Below, in pieces: positions 9,772 through 20,239 of a stretch of 64,000 nucleotides of DNA (position 1 is the stretch's first letter; every line of letters begins with the position of its first letter). This stretch comes from Deltaproteobacteria bacterium TL4. GTDB lineage: Bacteria > SAR324 > NAC60-12. The stretch covers positions 1-64,000 of the forward strand of contig JBBCAX010000250.1 of the NCBI GenBank assembly GCA_051382335.1, written 5' to 3'. The translations under genes were made by a program, and so were the position numbers. The notes under the pieces are model-generated. The model was given only the letters and a program-made list of their open reading frames with translations, did no database searches and was not told the origin of the DNA.

Positions 9772-10590
9772 TTAAGCCATTTCCAAATGGGTCTTGAGAC
9801 TATTCACTTTGCTAATTATTTCTTCCTGGGTATTTTCAGCTTCCTTGGATTGAAGTTTTCCCATCTCTCGCCTTAAATCATCAACCAGGTATTTCAAACC
9901 ATCCATGGCATTCATGGCCATTCGACTGCCGGCCTGGGTATCTTGAAACGTTGCCGTGGTTAATAAGTCATTCTTTGTCAGTTGTTGTGTGTAGTTCGTA
10001 CAGACGCCCTGAGTTTGACTCGCCAACTGTGAAATCTCTTGAGCCACTACCTTGAACCCTTTCCCTGCTTCTCCTGATTTGGAGGCTTCAATACTGGCAT
10101 TGAGAGAAAGAATCGCTGTTTGGCTACCAATATTTTTAAAATCCTCATTCAGTTTGTGCATCATTTTACTATTGGCTTTCAGTTCCGATAAACCATCATG
10201 CCAGCGTTCAAAGGTGGTCACCAATCCAATCAGCATGTTGACCTCCTCCGACAGTCGTTCAACCATTTCGATTGAAGAGGAAAGGTGTTCCCTTAAATGT
10301 TGGCGTTGTTGTCCCAGCGTGAGCATGGTCTGCAGTTCGGTCACCTGCGTTTTGAGTTGATCCAGCTTTTGCTCATACTCCAACTTCATTTTTTGGACTT
10401 GTCGATCATACTCGAGTTGTTGTGTCTTGAAATCTTTCTTCATTAGGGCCAAGCGAGATTTCTCAACCATTTTATAGGACTGATTTTCGAGTTGCTGAGT
10501 CAACGCTTCTATCCGTTTCCTCGATTTTAAACGCATAAAAATCGTGCTGACAAACACCCCAATCAGTAGTCCTAATGTAAGCATTCCCAT
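9772..10590 (-). CDS. Short MCP-signalling-domain protein (one TM helix, coiled coil, hairpin tip)
   Basis: [37 protein letters not shown] corresponds to the MCP hairpin tip; only 272 aa. Confidence 0.8.
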   Translation of the reverse strand: MGMLTLGLLIGVFVSTIFMRLKSRKRIEALTQQLENQSYKMVEKSRLALMKKDFKTQQLEYDRQVQKMKLEYEQKLDQLKTQVTELQTMLTLGQQRQHLREHLSSSIEMVERLSEEVNMLIGLVTTFERWHDGLSELKANSKMMHKLNEDFKNIGSQTAILSLNASIEASKSGEAGKGFKVVAQEISQLASQTQGVCTNYTQQLTKNDLLTTATFQDTQAGSRMAMNAMDGLKYLVDDLRREMGKLQSKEAENTQEEIISKVNSLKTHLEMA

Positions 10591-10979
10591 TCCCTAAACC
10601 CTAAAAAATATGTGAACCTCTAAGTCATTTCTTTTCATTCAAGTTTCAGTTCAGATCACAATAGTTCAAAGCCAGTTACCTGGAAGACGGTCCAACTTAA
10701 GTCCTTTTCCCTTGAATCGGGGCAAAAATGGACCACAGAATATCTTCACCAAAGAGGCTCTATTTTTTTTGGCAATCAATCTCTCGACAGTGCCCATACA
10801 CAGAGGTGACCCCCATTGTTGAAGAAACAAAAGCCAAATTTTTACCTGTGTCGTCTTATCTGAATGAGCCTAACGAAAAACGAGTCAACATTTAGACTGA
10901 ACGGTGTAATTCCCTGAATTAAAACCCATATCACACTCACGAGGACAGTTACAGTGGGTGCTCGTTATTGGACAAGAGG

Positions 10980-11345
10980 TTATCCAACAATCGACCTGAT
11001 GGGGCCTAGAGCACTGGGTCCATTGAAAGGTTTCACAATCCACCCTTTGACTTTGGCCGCTTTTCCCCGTTGCTTCATACTCGCGTCATTTTCAGTAGTT
11101 AAGACTAAAATATGTACTGTCTGATTGCCTAAGTCACTCCGTATTTTCTCTGACATGGTCAACCCATCCATATTGGGCATATTGACATCGGTAATCACCA
11201 ATTTCACTTCAGAGTCACTCTTGAGCTTTGACAAGCCATCTTTGCCATCAATCGCTGTAGATACAGAAAACCCGTTATTGGTCAGAAAGCCACTAACTTC
11301 GTTACGTACCGCTTCGGAATCGTCCACAACCAGAATCTGAGCCAT
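10980..11345 (-). CDS. Single-domain response regulator (CheY-like)
   Basis: VVDDS, ITDVNMPNMDG, LTTE and WIVKPF; all phosphorylation-site residues intact; AGGAG RBS. Confidence 0.9.
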   Translation of the reverse strand: MAQILVVDDSEAVRNEVSGFLTNNGFSVSTAIDGKDGLSKLKSDSEVKLVITDVNMPNMDGLTMSEKIRSDLGNQTVHILVLTTENDASMKQRGKAAKVKGWIVKPFNGPSALGPIRSIVG

Positions 11346-11680
11346 TTTCTTCTCCTTGTATAATGCTAATTGAAAAATTATTTCCTTGAATACTCATACT
11401 CGAGTTCATATCACAAAAACGTGTGAAGACACAACCTTCTCCCTCTTCGTAAAGTACATAACCAATTCATTGGAGAAATGCAAAGCGAAATCTACAATAA
11501 AAACAAATTCATCGTACAACAAGGGTCAGTAAAAGGAGAATCGACGCTAAATCAATCCCTAAGACAACGGTCTCAATGACCTTTTGTGCTTGAGTGGACA
11601 TCGTATCATAGTTTCGCTTAAACAGCGTCTTGATCAAAAAACGGGACTGAGGCACAAGCCATTTCATAAGACCTCTTACT

Positions 11681-13618
11681 TTATAGTTTTCCTGAAACTC
11701 GGTGATTATCTCGCCGAATGGTTAATTTTTGCGAGTCAAAATATTCTAACAATTCAATCGCGTGTTTTCTCCCGATTCCCCATTGTTCCTTAAAGGTGAT
11801 GACCGTCAATTCGGTGTTTTCCTTAAAATAGTCACTCATCCAGCCGGTTATTTGTTCCACTTGTCTGGGGGTATAGTACAGATCCTCGGCTACTCGAATC
11901 AGTTTTTTTTCATGAGACGCCATTTTCAACAACGCGATGGCCTCTTTTTTTTCAAGAGGGAGTTGTGAGAGTAAATGGGTTTGGCGCGGAGGTTGAAGAC
12001 CTGATGCCTCAATGAGTTGAATACACTGCTTTAATAATTGTTCGGTATCTCCGGAAACACTTTTTTGATGTTCAGGCTGTGCGTAAAAGGGTTCTGTCAA
12101 GATCAGTCGATGCTGCTTCACCAGAAACTGGAGCACATGCTCCACTTCCTTTTCATGGAACAATAAAGACAATTTACCTCCGAGTTCTGCACGATTCATA
12201 CCTTCTCGTTCAGAAAATTTCTGATGAAACTTATTTAAGACCCTGACCAAATAATCGCCAATTCTTTGCAGATGTTCCTGATGAAGATACCGTTTACTGA
12301 CCGGATTGACGCAGTAAATTTTATTTTGGCTCAACAGTATTTGAAGCACACGGTCGAGTTTTTTTTCTGATAACCCGGTACGGATGGAAAACTCTGAAGG
12401 AACCAGACCACGTGTGGATTGAAGATAAATGACCTCTTCTCCGCGAATTAGCTCATCGGCATTGATTAAACGGTAAAGGCGATCTTTGAGTTCCCCTTTA
12501 ATGCGTCTGGATTTATTAGGTCTGGGGTCAAGCACTCGTCCGCCTCCCAAAGTATAGAGGGGGGAAAAATTGCGGATGATGAAACGATCTCCAAAACGAG
12601 TGCTGAGCCTATTTTCAAGACGTAGCTGCACCAAGGTGGCATCCCCAGCTTCCAACTCCTGTTTTTCCAGCAGGATGATCCGGCCCATCACCTCCTGCGT
12701 CCCAATATAAACGCGGACACGCTCTCTGTGCTTCAAGGTTCGTGGAGTTTCCTGGAGCAATTGCAGTTCCGCATTCAGCATGTAACTATCCAGCAGCGTC
12801 TCTGGTGTCGCGATTTGGCAGCCTCTTGGTGTTTGTTCAGGGGAGAGGCTGGCTACGTTGATTGCGGCCCGTTGTCCCGCTTCAATTTGGGCAGTGGATT
12901 GTCCATGGACCTGAAAACCACGAACCCTGATGGACTGTTGTTGAGGATACAGCCACAGCGGTGTTTCCAGATCGGCTCTGCCACTCATCACCGTCCCTGT
13001 GACAATGGTCCCAAAACCTTTGATTGTAAAAGAGCGATCAATGCTCAAACGAAAGTTTTTTTTGGGTTCCTGGGGCGCTAATTGATAAAACAACCGGGCC
13101 AGTTCCCGCTTCAAGTGCTCCATTCCCCAGCCCGTCACCGCGGAAACACAGGAGAGGGGAGCGTTTTCCAAAAAAGTTCCGTGAACCAGTTCCAAGACTT
13201 CTTCTTTGCATAACTCAAGGTATTCCGGTCCTTCCACCAAGTCACAGCGAGTCAGGACAATAAGGCCACGTTGTACGCCTAAAAGTTGACAAATCTGTAA
13301 GTGTTCCCGAGTTTGGGGCATGACCCCTTCATCTGCCGCAATAACCAGCAAAACGGCATCCATGCCTGTGACTCCGGCTAACATATTATGGACAAATTTT
13401 TCATGTCCGGGAACATCTACAAACGCAAAATGAATTCCATTCTGGTCTTCATAGTTGGCAAAACCCAGGTCAATGGTGATCCCTCGCGTTTTTTCTTCCT
13501 CCAAACGATCCGTATCAATTCCGGTCAGTGCTTTAACGAGGGTCGTTTTTCCATGATCCACGTGTCCGCTGGTTCCCAAAACAAAGTGACGGGTTGAGTT
13601 TGCGGCAGCAGTTAGCAT
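11681..13618 (-). CDS. selB: Selenocysteine-specific translation elongation factor
   Basis: [34 protein letters not shown]-terminal winged-helix [13 protein letters not shown]; 645 aa. Confidence 0.95.
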   Translation of the reverse strand: MLTAAANSTRHFVLGTSGHVDHGKTTLVKALTGIDTDRLEEEKTRGITIDLGFANYEDQNGIHFAFVDVPGHEKFVHNMLAGVTGMDAVLLVIAADEGVMPQTREHLQICQLLGVQRGLIVLTRCDLVEGPEYLELCKEEVLELVHGTFLENAPLSCVSAVTGWGMEHLKRELARLFYQLAPQEPKKNFRLSIDRSFTIKGFGTIVTGTVMSGRADLETPLWLYPQQQSIRVRGFQVHGQSTAQIEAGQRAAINVASLSPEQTPRGCQIATPETLLDSYMLNAELQLLQETPRTLKHRERVRVYIGTQEVMGRIILLEKQELEAGDATLVQLRLENRLSTRFGDRFIIRNFSPLYTLGGGRVLDPRPNKSRRIKGELKDRLYRLINADELIRGEEVIYLQSTRGLVPSEFSIRTGLSEKKLDRVLQILLSQNKIYCVNPVSKRYLHQEHLQRIGDYLVRVLNKFHQKFSEREGMNRAELGGKLSLLFHEKEVEHVLQFLVKQHRLILTEPFYAQPEHQKSVSGDTEQLLKQCIQLIEASGLQPPRQTHLLSQLPLEKKEAIALLKMASHEKKLIRVAEDLYYTPRQVEQITGWMSDYFKENTELTVITFKEQWGIGRKHAIELLEYFDSQKLTIRRDNHRVSGKL

Positions 13619-14403
13619 AGTTGTTGATCTAAAGAAAAATGATATTTTGAGATTTTACGTGTTCTAAAAACGGGATGAATGATTTTTTCATGGAACGTCA
13701 TATTTTGTTGGGAGTCCACGAGTATCAGGGTACAAGCGCGAGTACCATAAATTGGGGTTGAGATAAAGATAGGCGATAATTTTCTTTCCAGCGACAAGCC
13801 AATTCCTGTATCAGGAAGTTCAGCATCTTCGAAAGTGGTTGGCTCTGCAAGTAAAGCAAACAGGTGCGGGATTAACGGTGTTGGTGAAGCTTCAATTATT
13901 TCCGCTAAACGTTGTTTTCCTCGTGTGACTTTGGGCCAGGGGGTGTCGAGTAAATGATTACTGAGTCCATAGATTCCCGGTTTCAGTTTTTGAGGAGTTC
14001 CAGCCTTATTGGAAAAGTAATAAAGAGACCATTGAGTTTGGGCGCGTTCCCCCAGCAATAAATTGAACGCCTGATATTGGGATGCGATCGAGGAAAGTTG
14101 CTCCAGGTAAAGTGGAGCAGACAGCGATTGGGCGAGGAAGTCTCTAACCAGCCATCCACGGCTCGGAACGTCCTTTGACTCGACACCCGGATCCCTATAA
14201 TTCGTCAACCCTGCCAAGCGGCCATGCCTTGTAACCCCCAGCCAGGTGCCGCCTTTTTTCAAATCCTTCCCCGCAAGGAGGCCTGGGTATTCTTTCCAAA
14301 ACCCGGCTTTTCTCGTAGGACGATGGTAAAACTCATCCCGGTTTGCCGCGAGAATCAAAGGAAACTGAGGATGCTGCTCGTAAGCAAATAAGATGAGACA
14401 CAT
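13612..14403 (-). CDS. NRDE/TANGO2 family protein
   Basis: MCLILF...ANRDEF, GGTWLG, SRG, GLSN and YGTR motifs; start taken at the MC (ATG 14403). Confidence 0.9.
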   Translation of the reverse strand: MCLILFAYEQHPQFPLILAANRDEFYHRPTRKAGFWKEYPGLLAGKDLKKGGTWLGVTRHGRLAGLTNYRDPGVESKDVPSRGWLVRDFLAQSLSAPLYLEQLSSIASQYQAFNLLLGERAQTQWSLYYFSNKAGTPQKLKPGIYGLSNHLLDTPWPKVTRGKQRLAEIIEASPTPLIPHLFALLAEPTTFEDAELPDTGIGLSLERKLSPIFISTPIYGTRACTLILVDSQQNMTFHEKIIHPVFRTRKISKYHFSLDQQLC

Positions 14404-14426
14404 ATAACCCATCCGCACTTTGCGGG

Positions 14427-15449
14427 TTAGCGTTTTGCCAGCAAAACAAATTCAATACGTCTGTTATTTTGTCGACCGAGACTTGTTTTATTGGAGGCAA
14501 CGGGTTGATATTCCCCTTGTCCCACTGCTGAAATTCGTGAAGGCTCAAAGCCCTGATCTTCCACTAAATACTTCAGTACGCTAATGGCACGAGCCGTCGA
14601 AAGTTCCCAGTTGTTTTTATAGCGCTTCGCGTTTTTCCTGGAAATCTTCACATTGTCGGTATGTCCCACGACCTGAAAGCTTACATTTTCAAGCGGCTTC
14701 AAGGACTTTCCAATCTGACCCAGTATTTTGAAGCCTTTGGATTGGATAAACGCTTCTGCCTTGGAGAAGAGCAGATTTTCTTGCACTCTTATCAGGAGAC
14801 GGCCATTCTGGGAGATCAACCGTATTTGCTGAGCCTCGATCTCTTTTTTTAATGAAGTTGCCAAGTGCGCATACGCCATATTAATCGGAGCTTGCGTTTC
14901 CTCCAGTTGTTGAATTAAAGCCTTCACTTGCTGTTCTAATTCTTCTTTCTGGGCCAAACGTTGAGCCTCACCTTCTTTGGCCAGCACTAACTGTTCCTCC
15001 AGTGCTTTGAGTTGATCCGCATTCTTGCTGATCTCGCCTTCAAGCTGGGTGATTTTTTCAGTGTGGCTGTTCTGTAAGGCTTCCTTTTCGGTGGTTGCCG
15101 TATCAAGAAGTACTTTTAATTCTTCACTGCGTGCAAGCATTTCAAGTTGGCTTTGTTTGAGGAGGCCCAACTCCTTGTCAAGGTTGTCTTTTTCCGCAAT
15201 AACTTTTTGATATTGTGCTTCTTTTTCCTCAAGCAGGGTTTTGGCATTTTTTACCTCGGTTTCCAAGGCCGCGATTTTGCTGTTCAAGGTGTTGATCGTC
15301 TTCTGTCTAATTGAGGCCAAGTTCTTATTTTTATTAGATTCTTTAACTTTTTCGTCATAATCGGATTGTGAGATACCTTGTGCCATGAGTTGAGCAGAAA
15401 AACTCAGCATGACCAAGAGGCTCACTAAAACAAGAGGAAAGGATTTCAT
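14427..15449 (-). CDS. OmpA/MotB family peptidoglycan-binding protein with long coiled coil
   Basis: Signal peptide, coiled coil, VGHTDN, NWELSTARA and NRRIEF motifs; start moved to ATG 15449 (AGGAG RBS). Confidence 0.85.
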   Translation of the reverse strand: MKSFPLVLVSLLVMLSFSAQLMAQGISQSDYDEKVKESNKNKNLASIRQKTINTLNSKIAALETEVKNAKTLLEEKEAQYQKVIAEKDNLDKELGLLKQSQLEMLARSEELKVLLDTATTEKEALQNSHTEKITQLEGEISKNADQLKALEEQLVLAKEGEAQRLAQKEELEQQVKALIQQLEETQAPINMAYAHLATSLKKEIEAQQIRLISQNGRLLIRVQENLLFSKAEAFIQSKGFKILGQIGKSLKPLENVSFQVVGHTDNVKISRKNAKRYKNNWELSTARAISVLKYLVEDQGFEPSRISAVGQGEYQPVASNKTSLGRQNNRRIEFVLLAKR

Positions 15450-15507
15450 AGAACATCTCCTTAATGATGAAGTAATTATTTTATGATTGAACATGGAATT
15501 CAAATTG

Positions 15508-16467
15508 TTACTGGGTGAATATTTTTTCAAACAAGTCAATGAAGTCACTCACTTTGGACGCTGGTAACTGATTCACACCTGCGGCAGCAGAACGTCCGCC
15601 ACCGGTTTCAAATTGCAGACATAGCGTATCTGCCTCCATGGGGCGATCTTTGGGAGCACGAACACTCACTAAAAACGTACCATCATCGTTAGCTACGAGC
15701 AAAGCATGCGCCAAGTTACGTTCTTGTTGTGCGATTTTATTGCTAAAAACGCCGGCAACTCGCTTACTCCACGCTTCCGCAGGAAATTTATAGACGGTTC
15801 CGCCCTGATTTTGAAGCATGGGGGGATGCGTTTCCGCCTGCCTCATATCTTCTTCAAAGCCTGTTCGAAGCGCCTGTAATAAGGGGGAGTCCCGATAAAA
15901 AGCCAAGGGGTCGGAATAACCTGAGATTGCCTGATATAACTGCGCTGGTGGAATATGTAAATCCTCAATATTCGAACCATAGCCGTTGTAATTCAGCAAT
16001 TCTCCCAATTCCCTTAATTGACTCAATTGTTCCGGTTTGCAGTCAAGGAGCTTCGCTAACCGCTGGGCAGAAGTATGGAGGTTATCACCGAAGGCGCCAA
16101 CAATTGCCCAAGGTCGAAATTGCCCCTCCAGATATTCATCCACGATGAGGCTGGTACATACTTGAGGATCTGGATTGAGGTGACAAACGAGATTGCTGGA
16201 TTCAGGAATGGCGGCTGCGACATGATGGTCAAAATACTGAATCGTATTGTGCTGTTGTAACAGTTGGATCAATGCGCTTTGGTTTGATTTCAGAGAGATG
16301 TCAAGCACCGTTAGCACACTGTCATGAACTTCCAGCAGCTTTGCCAGAAGCTGCGTGTCTCGCTTTACGCCGGTAATTAATGTACTTTCCCGCGGGGTAG
16401 CCAAACGCAATTGGTGCAAAGCACAAATGCCATCCGCATCCCCATTAAACACGTCGTAATATTTCAT
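15508..16467 (-). CDS. DHH-family phosphoesterase
   Basis: NGDADG, LDIS, FDHH and C-terminal GGGRSAAAG (DHHA1-like). Confidence 0.8.
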   Translation of the reverse strand: MKYYDVFNGDADGICALHQLRLATPRESTLITGVKRDTQLLAKLLEVHDSVLTVLDISLKSNQSALIQLLQQHNTIQYFDHHVAAAIPESSNLVCHLNPDPQVCTSLIVDEYLEGQFRPWAIVGAFGDNLHTSAQRLAKLLDCKPEQLSQLRELGELLNYNGYGSNIEDLHIPPAQLYQAISGYSDPLAFYRDSPLLQALRTGFEEDMRQAETHPPMLQNQGGTVYKFPAEAWSKRVAGVFSNKIAQQERNLAHALLVANDDGTFLVSVRAPKDRPMEADTLCLQFETGGGRSAAAGVNQLPASKVSDFIDLFEKIFTQ

Positions 16468-16558
16468 GGAAGCTTACCAGACTGCCCGTCAATAACGGTT
16501 TTTTAAGAAATAACTCACGGAGTCACACGGCTAAAACGGATAAAAACGAAGTTCATTT

Positions 16559-16687
16559 TTATGCGGATAACAGTAATATCTGAAGGAATAAGGCTATCCA
16601 GAAAAATGAGATCCCCATGATCACGATATGCACCGGTTTAATGGACTCTTGAAATTCTTCTGTTGGTTCTAAATCGTACTGCCTCAT
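16559..16687 (-). CDS. Candidate 42-aa small membrane protein with C-terminal TM helix
   Basis: Hand translation gives MRQYDLEPTEEFQESIKPVHIVIMGISFFWIALFLQILLLSA; co-oriented between aroC and the DHH gene; no strong RBS seen. Confidence 0.45.
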   Translation of the reverse strand: MRQYDLEPTEEFQESIKPVHIVIMGISFFWIALFLQILLLSA

Positions 16688-16785
16688 AGGAAACCAAAAA
16701 TTCAGGTTTAAATAATTCACGCATAAAGGACGCTCTTAACTTGAAGCAAACTAAATGCCAAAGCTAACCGGACTTTAATATATAT

Positions 16786-17877
16786 TTAGGAAAGCTGATG
16801 GTTTTGTTTGGTTTTGTTTCTTAAGAAGTGATCCACAAGCACAAGATTGATCATTGCTTCAACGATCGGAACGGCTCTAGGCAGCACACAGGGGTCATGG
16901 CGCCCCTTCGCTTTAAGTTTTACAGACTTCCCCTCACGGGAGATGGTCTCTTGTTCAAAATTAATCGTTGCTGTGGGTTTAAAGGCGACTCTCAGATAAA
17001 TATCTTCCCCATTGCTAATTCCGCCTTGTATTCCTGCGGAATGATTGGTTTTCGTTCGGATTTTTCCCGCTTGGACCATAAAAGCATCATTATGCTCTGA
17101 ACCTTTCAACAAAACCGCGCCAAAACCCAAGCCAAATTCAATCCCCCGAGTCGCAGGCAGAGACATTAAGGCTTTGGAGAGATCCGCGGTAAGTTTATCA
17201 AAAACAGGTTCTCCCCATCCTGCAGGAACATGACGTACCACCGCCGCAATGATCCCACCGACACTATCTCCGGACATTCGTGTTTCATCAATCCGTTGAA
17301 ACATGGCTTCGGCCACAGCGGAGTCCGGGCAGCGGACCTCATTACTTTCAATCTGCTCCAACGTTACTGTGTTTCGATCAATGTTGGCTTTAAGGTCATG
17401 GATTTGTTCCACATAGGCCAGAGTTTCTGTGCCACAATGCTGTGAAAGTAACTTTTTGGCCAGCGTGCCCGCAGCCACACGGCCAATGGTCTCTCTGGCA
17501 CTGGCGCGTCCGCCCCCTTGCCAATTGCGAAGTCCATATTTTGCTTCATAAGTATAGTCCGCATGACTTGGACGAAATAAATCTTTCATTTCATCGTAAG
17601 CTTGAGGACGGGCATCTGTATTTTTGACCATAATCGAAATAGCGGTTCCCAGCGTTTTCCCTTCAAAAACTCCTGATAAAATATGGGCGGTATCACTTTC
17701 CTTCCGTTGTGTTGTCAGTTTACTTTGTCCAGGTTTTCGACGGTCCAGGTCCTGCTGAATTTCTTTTTCAGAAATTTCCAATCCTGCGGGACACCCATCA
17801 ATGACCACACCGACGCCTCCCCCATGAGATTCGCCCCACGTTGTAATTCGAAATATATTTCCAAAGCTATCGCCCAT
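16786..17877 (-). CDS. aroC: Chorismate synthase
   Basis: [36 protein letters not shown] and RHDPCV; true start MGDSFG at 17877. Confidence 0.97.
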   Translation of the reverse strand: MGDSFGNIFRITTWGESHGGGVGVVIDGCPAGLEISEKEIQQDLDRRKPGQSKLTTQRKESDTAHILSGVFEGKTLGTAISIMVKNTDARPQAYDEMKDLFRPSHADYTYEAKYGLRNWQGGGRASARETIGRVAAGTLAKKLLSQHCGTETLAYVEQIHDLKANIDRNTVTLEQIESNEVRCPDSAVAEAMFQRIDETRMSGDSVGGIIAAVVRHVPAGWGEPVFDKLTADLSKALMSLPATRGIEFGLGFGAVLLKGSEHNDAFMVQAGKIRTKTNHSAGIQGGISNGEDIYLRVAFKPTATINFEQETISREGKSVKLKAKGRHDPCVLPRAVPIVEAMINLVLVDHFLRNKTKQNHQLS

Positions 17878-18050
17878 CTTAACCTTTTTTATGATTTGTT
17901 TGAGGATGAATTGAGTCCTCCGTCGTGACTTTTTATTGATAAATGTGCAAGATGAATAAGTAAATTCCTTGCACTCCTTTTGTCCATTCGTTATAAGTTT
18001 CAACAGAGTGTCTACCCTGAGTTGAATTTGTATCACCGAAACGTATTCCT

Positions 18051-19868
18051 ATGAAAATAAACTATAAAATCTTGGTTGTTGACGATTCCGCGCAGGTTCG
18101 AAAAACGGTGAGGCGTTTTTTAGAATCTGACCGTGATCATACCTTCCTGATTGAAGAAGCGCATCATGGAAAACACGCTTTGGAAATGCTGTCCAAACAT
18201 TCTTTTGATATGATGTTGAGTGATTTGGAAATGCCTGAGATGAATGGACTCGAATTGATTGCCGTCGTCCGCAAAGATCCCCGTTATAAAGATCTCCCCA
18301 TTTTGTTTCTGACGGGAGTTGTTGATACACAAAAGAAAGTTGAAGCCTTTGAAACCCTGGCAACCGACTATATCACCAAACCCTTTATTGCCGCGGAATT
18401 GAAAGCCAGAATCCTGGCGCACCTGGAACGCAAAAATGTGGCAGATACCGCTAAACTTAAAGCCTTAAAATCAACCAGAATAGCTCTTTTTTATCGCAAT
18501 TTGGACAGCCTTGAAATTGTGAAGCTGGAAAACTCCATTGTCCAATTATCTCAGTGGGTTTTGCATATCAAAGACGCGGATTTATGGATCCTGGATAAAG
18601 TGACAGGAGCGTTACGTTTGTCAGCGTCAACTTATACCGTTGCCATTGATATCAGTATCAATCCCGAAAATAGTTCAATCATGCGTCAGGTGCTGAAAAC
18701 AGAAAAACCCTTCATTTACTCTCTCGATACTTCAAAATCCGTGGAGACTGAAGAAGCCATTACGGATAATATTGCCGTACTCCTGCCTCTTACTTTTGAT
18801 AAAGTTCCGCTTGGAATTCTTAGTTATAACCGCTTTCCTGAGAATTTTTTCCAACTCTATGACTTGAACGACCTGGAGGCAATTCAACGCTATATTACCA
18901 ATGTTTTGTATAATGCTTATCTCTATCATGATCTGAAAACTACCAAAATTCAGCTTGCGGAAACAGAAAAGATTGCAGGCATGACCAAAACTTTTGAAAA
19001 GTTTGTTCCTAAACCTTTCCTCGACAGGATTGCTTCAGAAGGACTGGAAAACATCGAGTTAGGCAAAGCACACGACGAAACGATTGCCATTCTTTTTGCC
19101 GATATCCGCTCATTTACCAGTTTGGCAGAAACCATGACCTCACAAGAGACACTGAACTTCCTCAACTCTTATTTCAAACGCATGACCTTACCGATTCAGA
19201 AACAGAATGGCTTCATTGACAAATTTATTGGAGACGCCATTATGGCGTTGTTTGCGGAGTCAGAGGTCAATGCGCAAAAAGCCCAAAGAGCGGTTAATGC
19301 GGCCATTGGAATGCAAAATGCGTTGGTCCTCTATAATATTCACAGGAAAAACTCAGGTTATATTCCTGTCTCTGTGGGAATTGGAGTTCATATCGATTCC
19401 GCAACCATTGGCACCGTCGGCACAGAGTATCGGATGGATTCCACAGTGCTGGGGGATGCTATCAATTTGGCCTCACGTTTGGAAGGTTTAACCAAAATTT
19501 ATCAATGCCATACCATCATTTCAGCTCAAACTTTCGATCTTCTGGAAGACACTTCAGGCATTTTATATCGGGAACTCGATATTGTGAATGTCAAAGGCAA
19601 ATCTAAACCTGTTCGCATTATAGATATTTTCAATTCGGGCTCGGAAGAAATCCGTGATTTGAAGCTAAAAAGCCTCAATGATTTCCAAGAAGGGGTGACA
19701 CGCTTCCGCAACCGTGAGTGGGAGGAATCATCAAAACTCTTTGAACAATGCTTACGCATTTTCCCGGCGGATATTACCGCTAAAATGTATATTAAACGTG
19801 CAGATCTTTATAAGTCCGCACCACCCCCTTCAGACTGGAATGGTGTGAATCAGATAGATACCAAGTAA
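18051..19868 (+). CDS. Class III adenylate cyclase with N-terminal receiver and GAF-like domain
   Basis: REC (VVDDS, SDLEMP, ITKPF); cyclase motifs FADIRSFT, DKFIGDAIMA (ATP-specifying Lys), GDAINLASRLE and VKGK. Confidence 0.9.
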   Translation: MKINYKILVVDDSAQVRKTVRRFLESDRDHTFLIEEAHHGKHALEMLSKHSFDMMLSDLEMPEMNGLELIAVVRKDPRYKDLPILFLTGVVDTQKKVEAFETLATDYITKPFIAAELKARILAHLERKNVADTAKLKALKSTRIALFYRNLDSLEIVKLENSIVQLSQWVLHIKDADLWILDKVTGALRLSASTYTVAIDISINPENSSIMRQVLKTEKPFIYSLDTSKSVETEEAITDNIAVLLPLTFDKVPLGILSYNRFPENFFQLYDLNDLEAIQRYITNVLYNAYLYHDLKTTKIQLAETEKIAGMTKTFEKFVPKPFLDRIASEGLENIELGKAHDETIAILFADIRSFTSLAETMTSQETLNFLNSYFKRMTLPIQKQNGFIDKFIGDAIMALFAESEVNAQKAQRAVNAAIGMQNALVLYNIHRKNSGYIPVSVGIGVHIDSATIGTVGTEYRMDSTVLGDAINLASRLEGLTKIYQCHTIISAQTFDLLEDTSGILYRELDIVNVKGKSKPVRIIDIFNSGSEEIRDLKLKSLNDFQEGVTRFRNREWEESSKLFEQCLRIFPADITAKMYIKRADLYKSAPPPSDWNGVNQIDTK

Positions 19869-19912
19869 GCTTGTCCAGACCTTGATTTTCGCTATCGGGG
19901 ATGTTACGAAAG

Positions 19913-20046
19913 GGCTACTTAAGGCGGGACAACGTAGGTTGGGTAGAGCGTTAGCGAAACCCAACAACCCCTCGTAACTCCAAGGCTTGTTGGGTTTCGT
20001 TCCTCTACCCAACCTACCGACCTTGTCCCGCTTTATGTGGGTAGCC
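19913..20046. mobile_element. 134-bp MITE with 8-bp target-site duplication, enclosing an inverted GTAG-REP pair
   Basis: TACGAAAG at 19905-19912 and 20047-20054. Imperfect TIRs GGCTAC..GCGGGACAA / TTGTCCCGC..GTAGCC. Inner GTAGGTTGGGTAGAG..GAAACCCAACAA and its inverse. Confidence 0.8.
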
Positions 20047-20239
20047 TACGAAAGTCATGAACACTTGATAAAAAGGAGGAAGTCTTGTGAAAAAGTATTA
20101 GAGAGGTAGAAGATGTAAAAAATGGATTTTGATCTCTCTCGAGGGGAGTAATTGGCTGCTTAAAAATTCCCTGAAACGATTAGTCATGATCACCCTGTAG
20201 TTGCGGGTGTAATTTTTTTCAATTTGCGCAAGGAGGAGT

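Noticed and set aside
10591..10979. Riboswitch (e.g. c-di-GMP) or hidden cheW in the gap inside the chemotaxis-like cluster
   Set aside because: No recognisable aptamer consensus or protein-like frame was found by eye.
11346..11680. tRNA-Sec next to selB
   Set aside because: No cloverleaf or T-loop consensus is visible.
17878..18036. N-terminal extension of aroC in the ORF track (likewise extensions of parE, the OmpA/MotB gene, the acyltransferase, YaiI and STAS)
   Set aside because: Family N-termini and RBS positions point to downstream starts; the extensions fall in promoter, IS or neighbouring-gene sequence.
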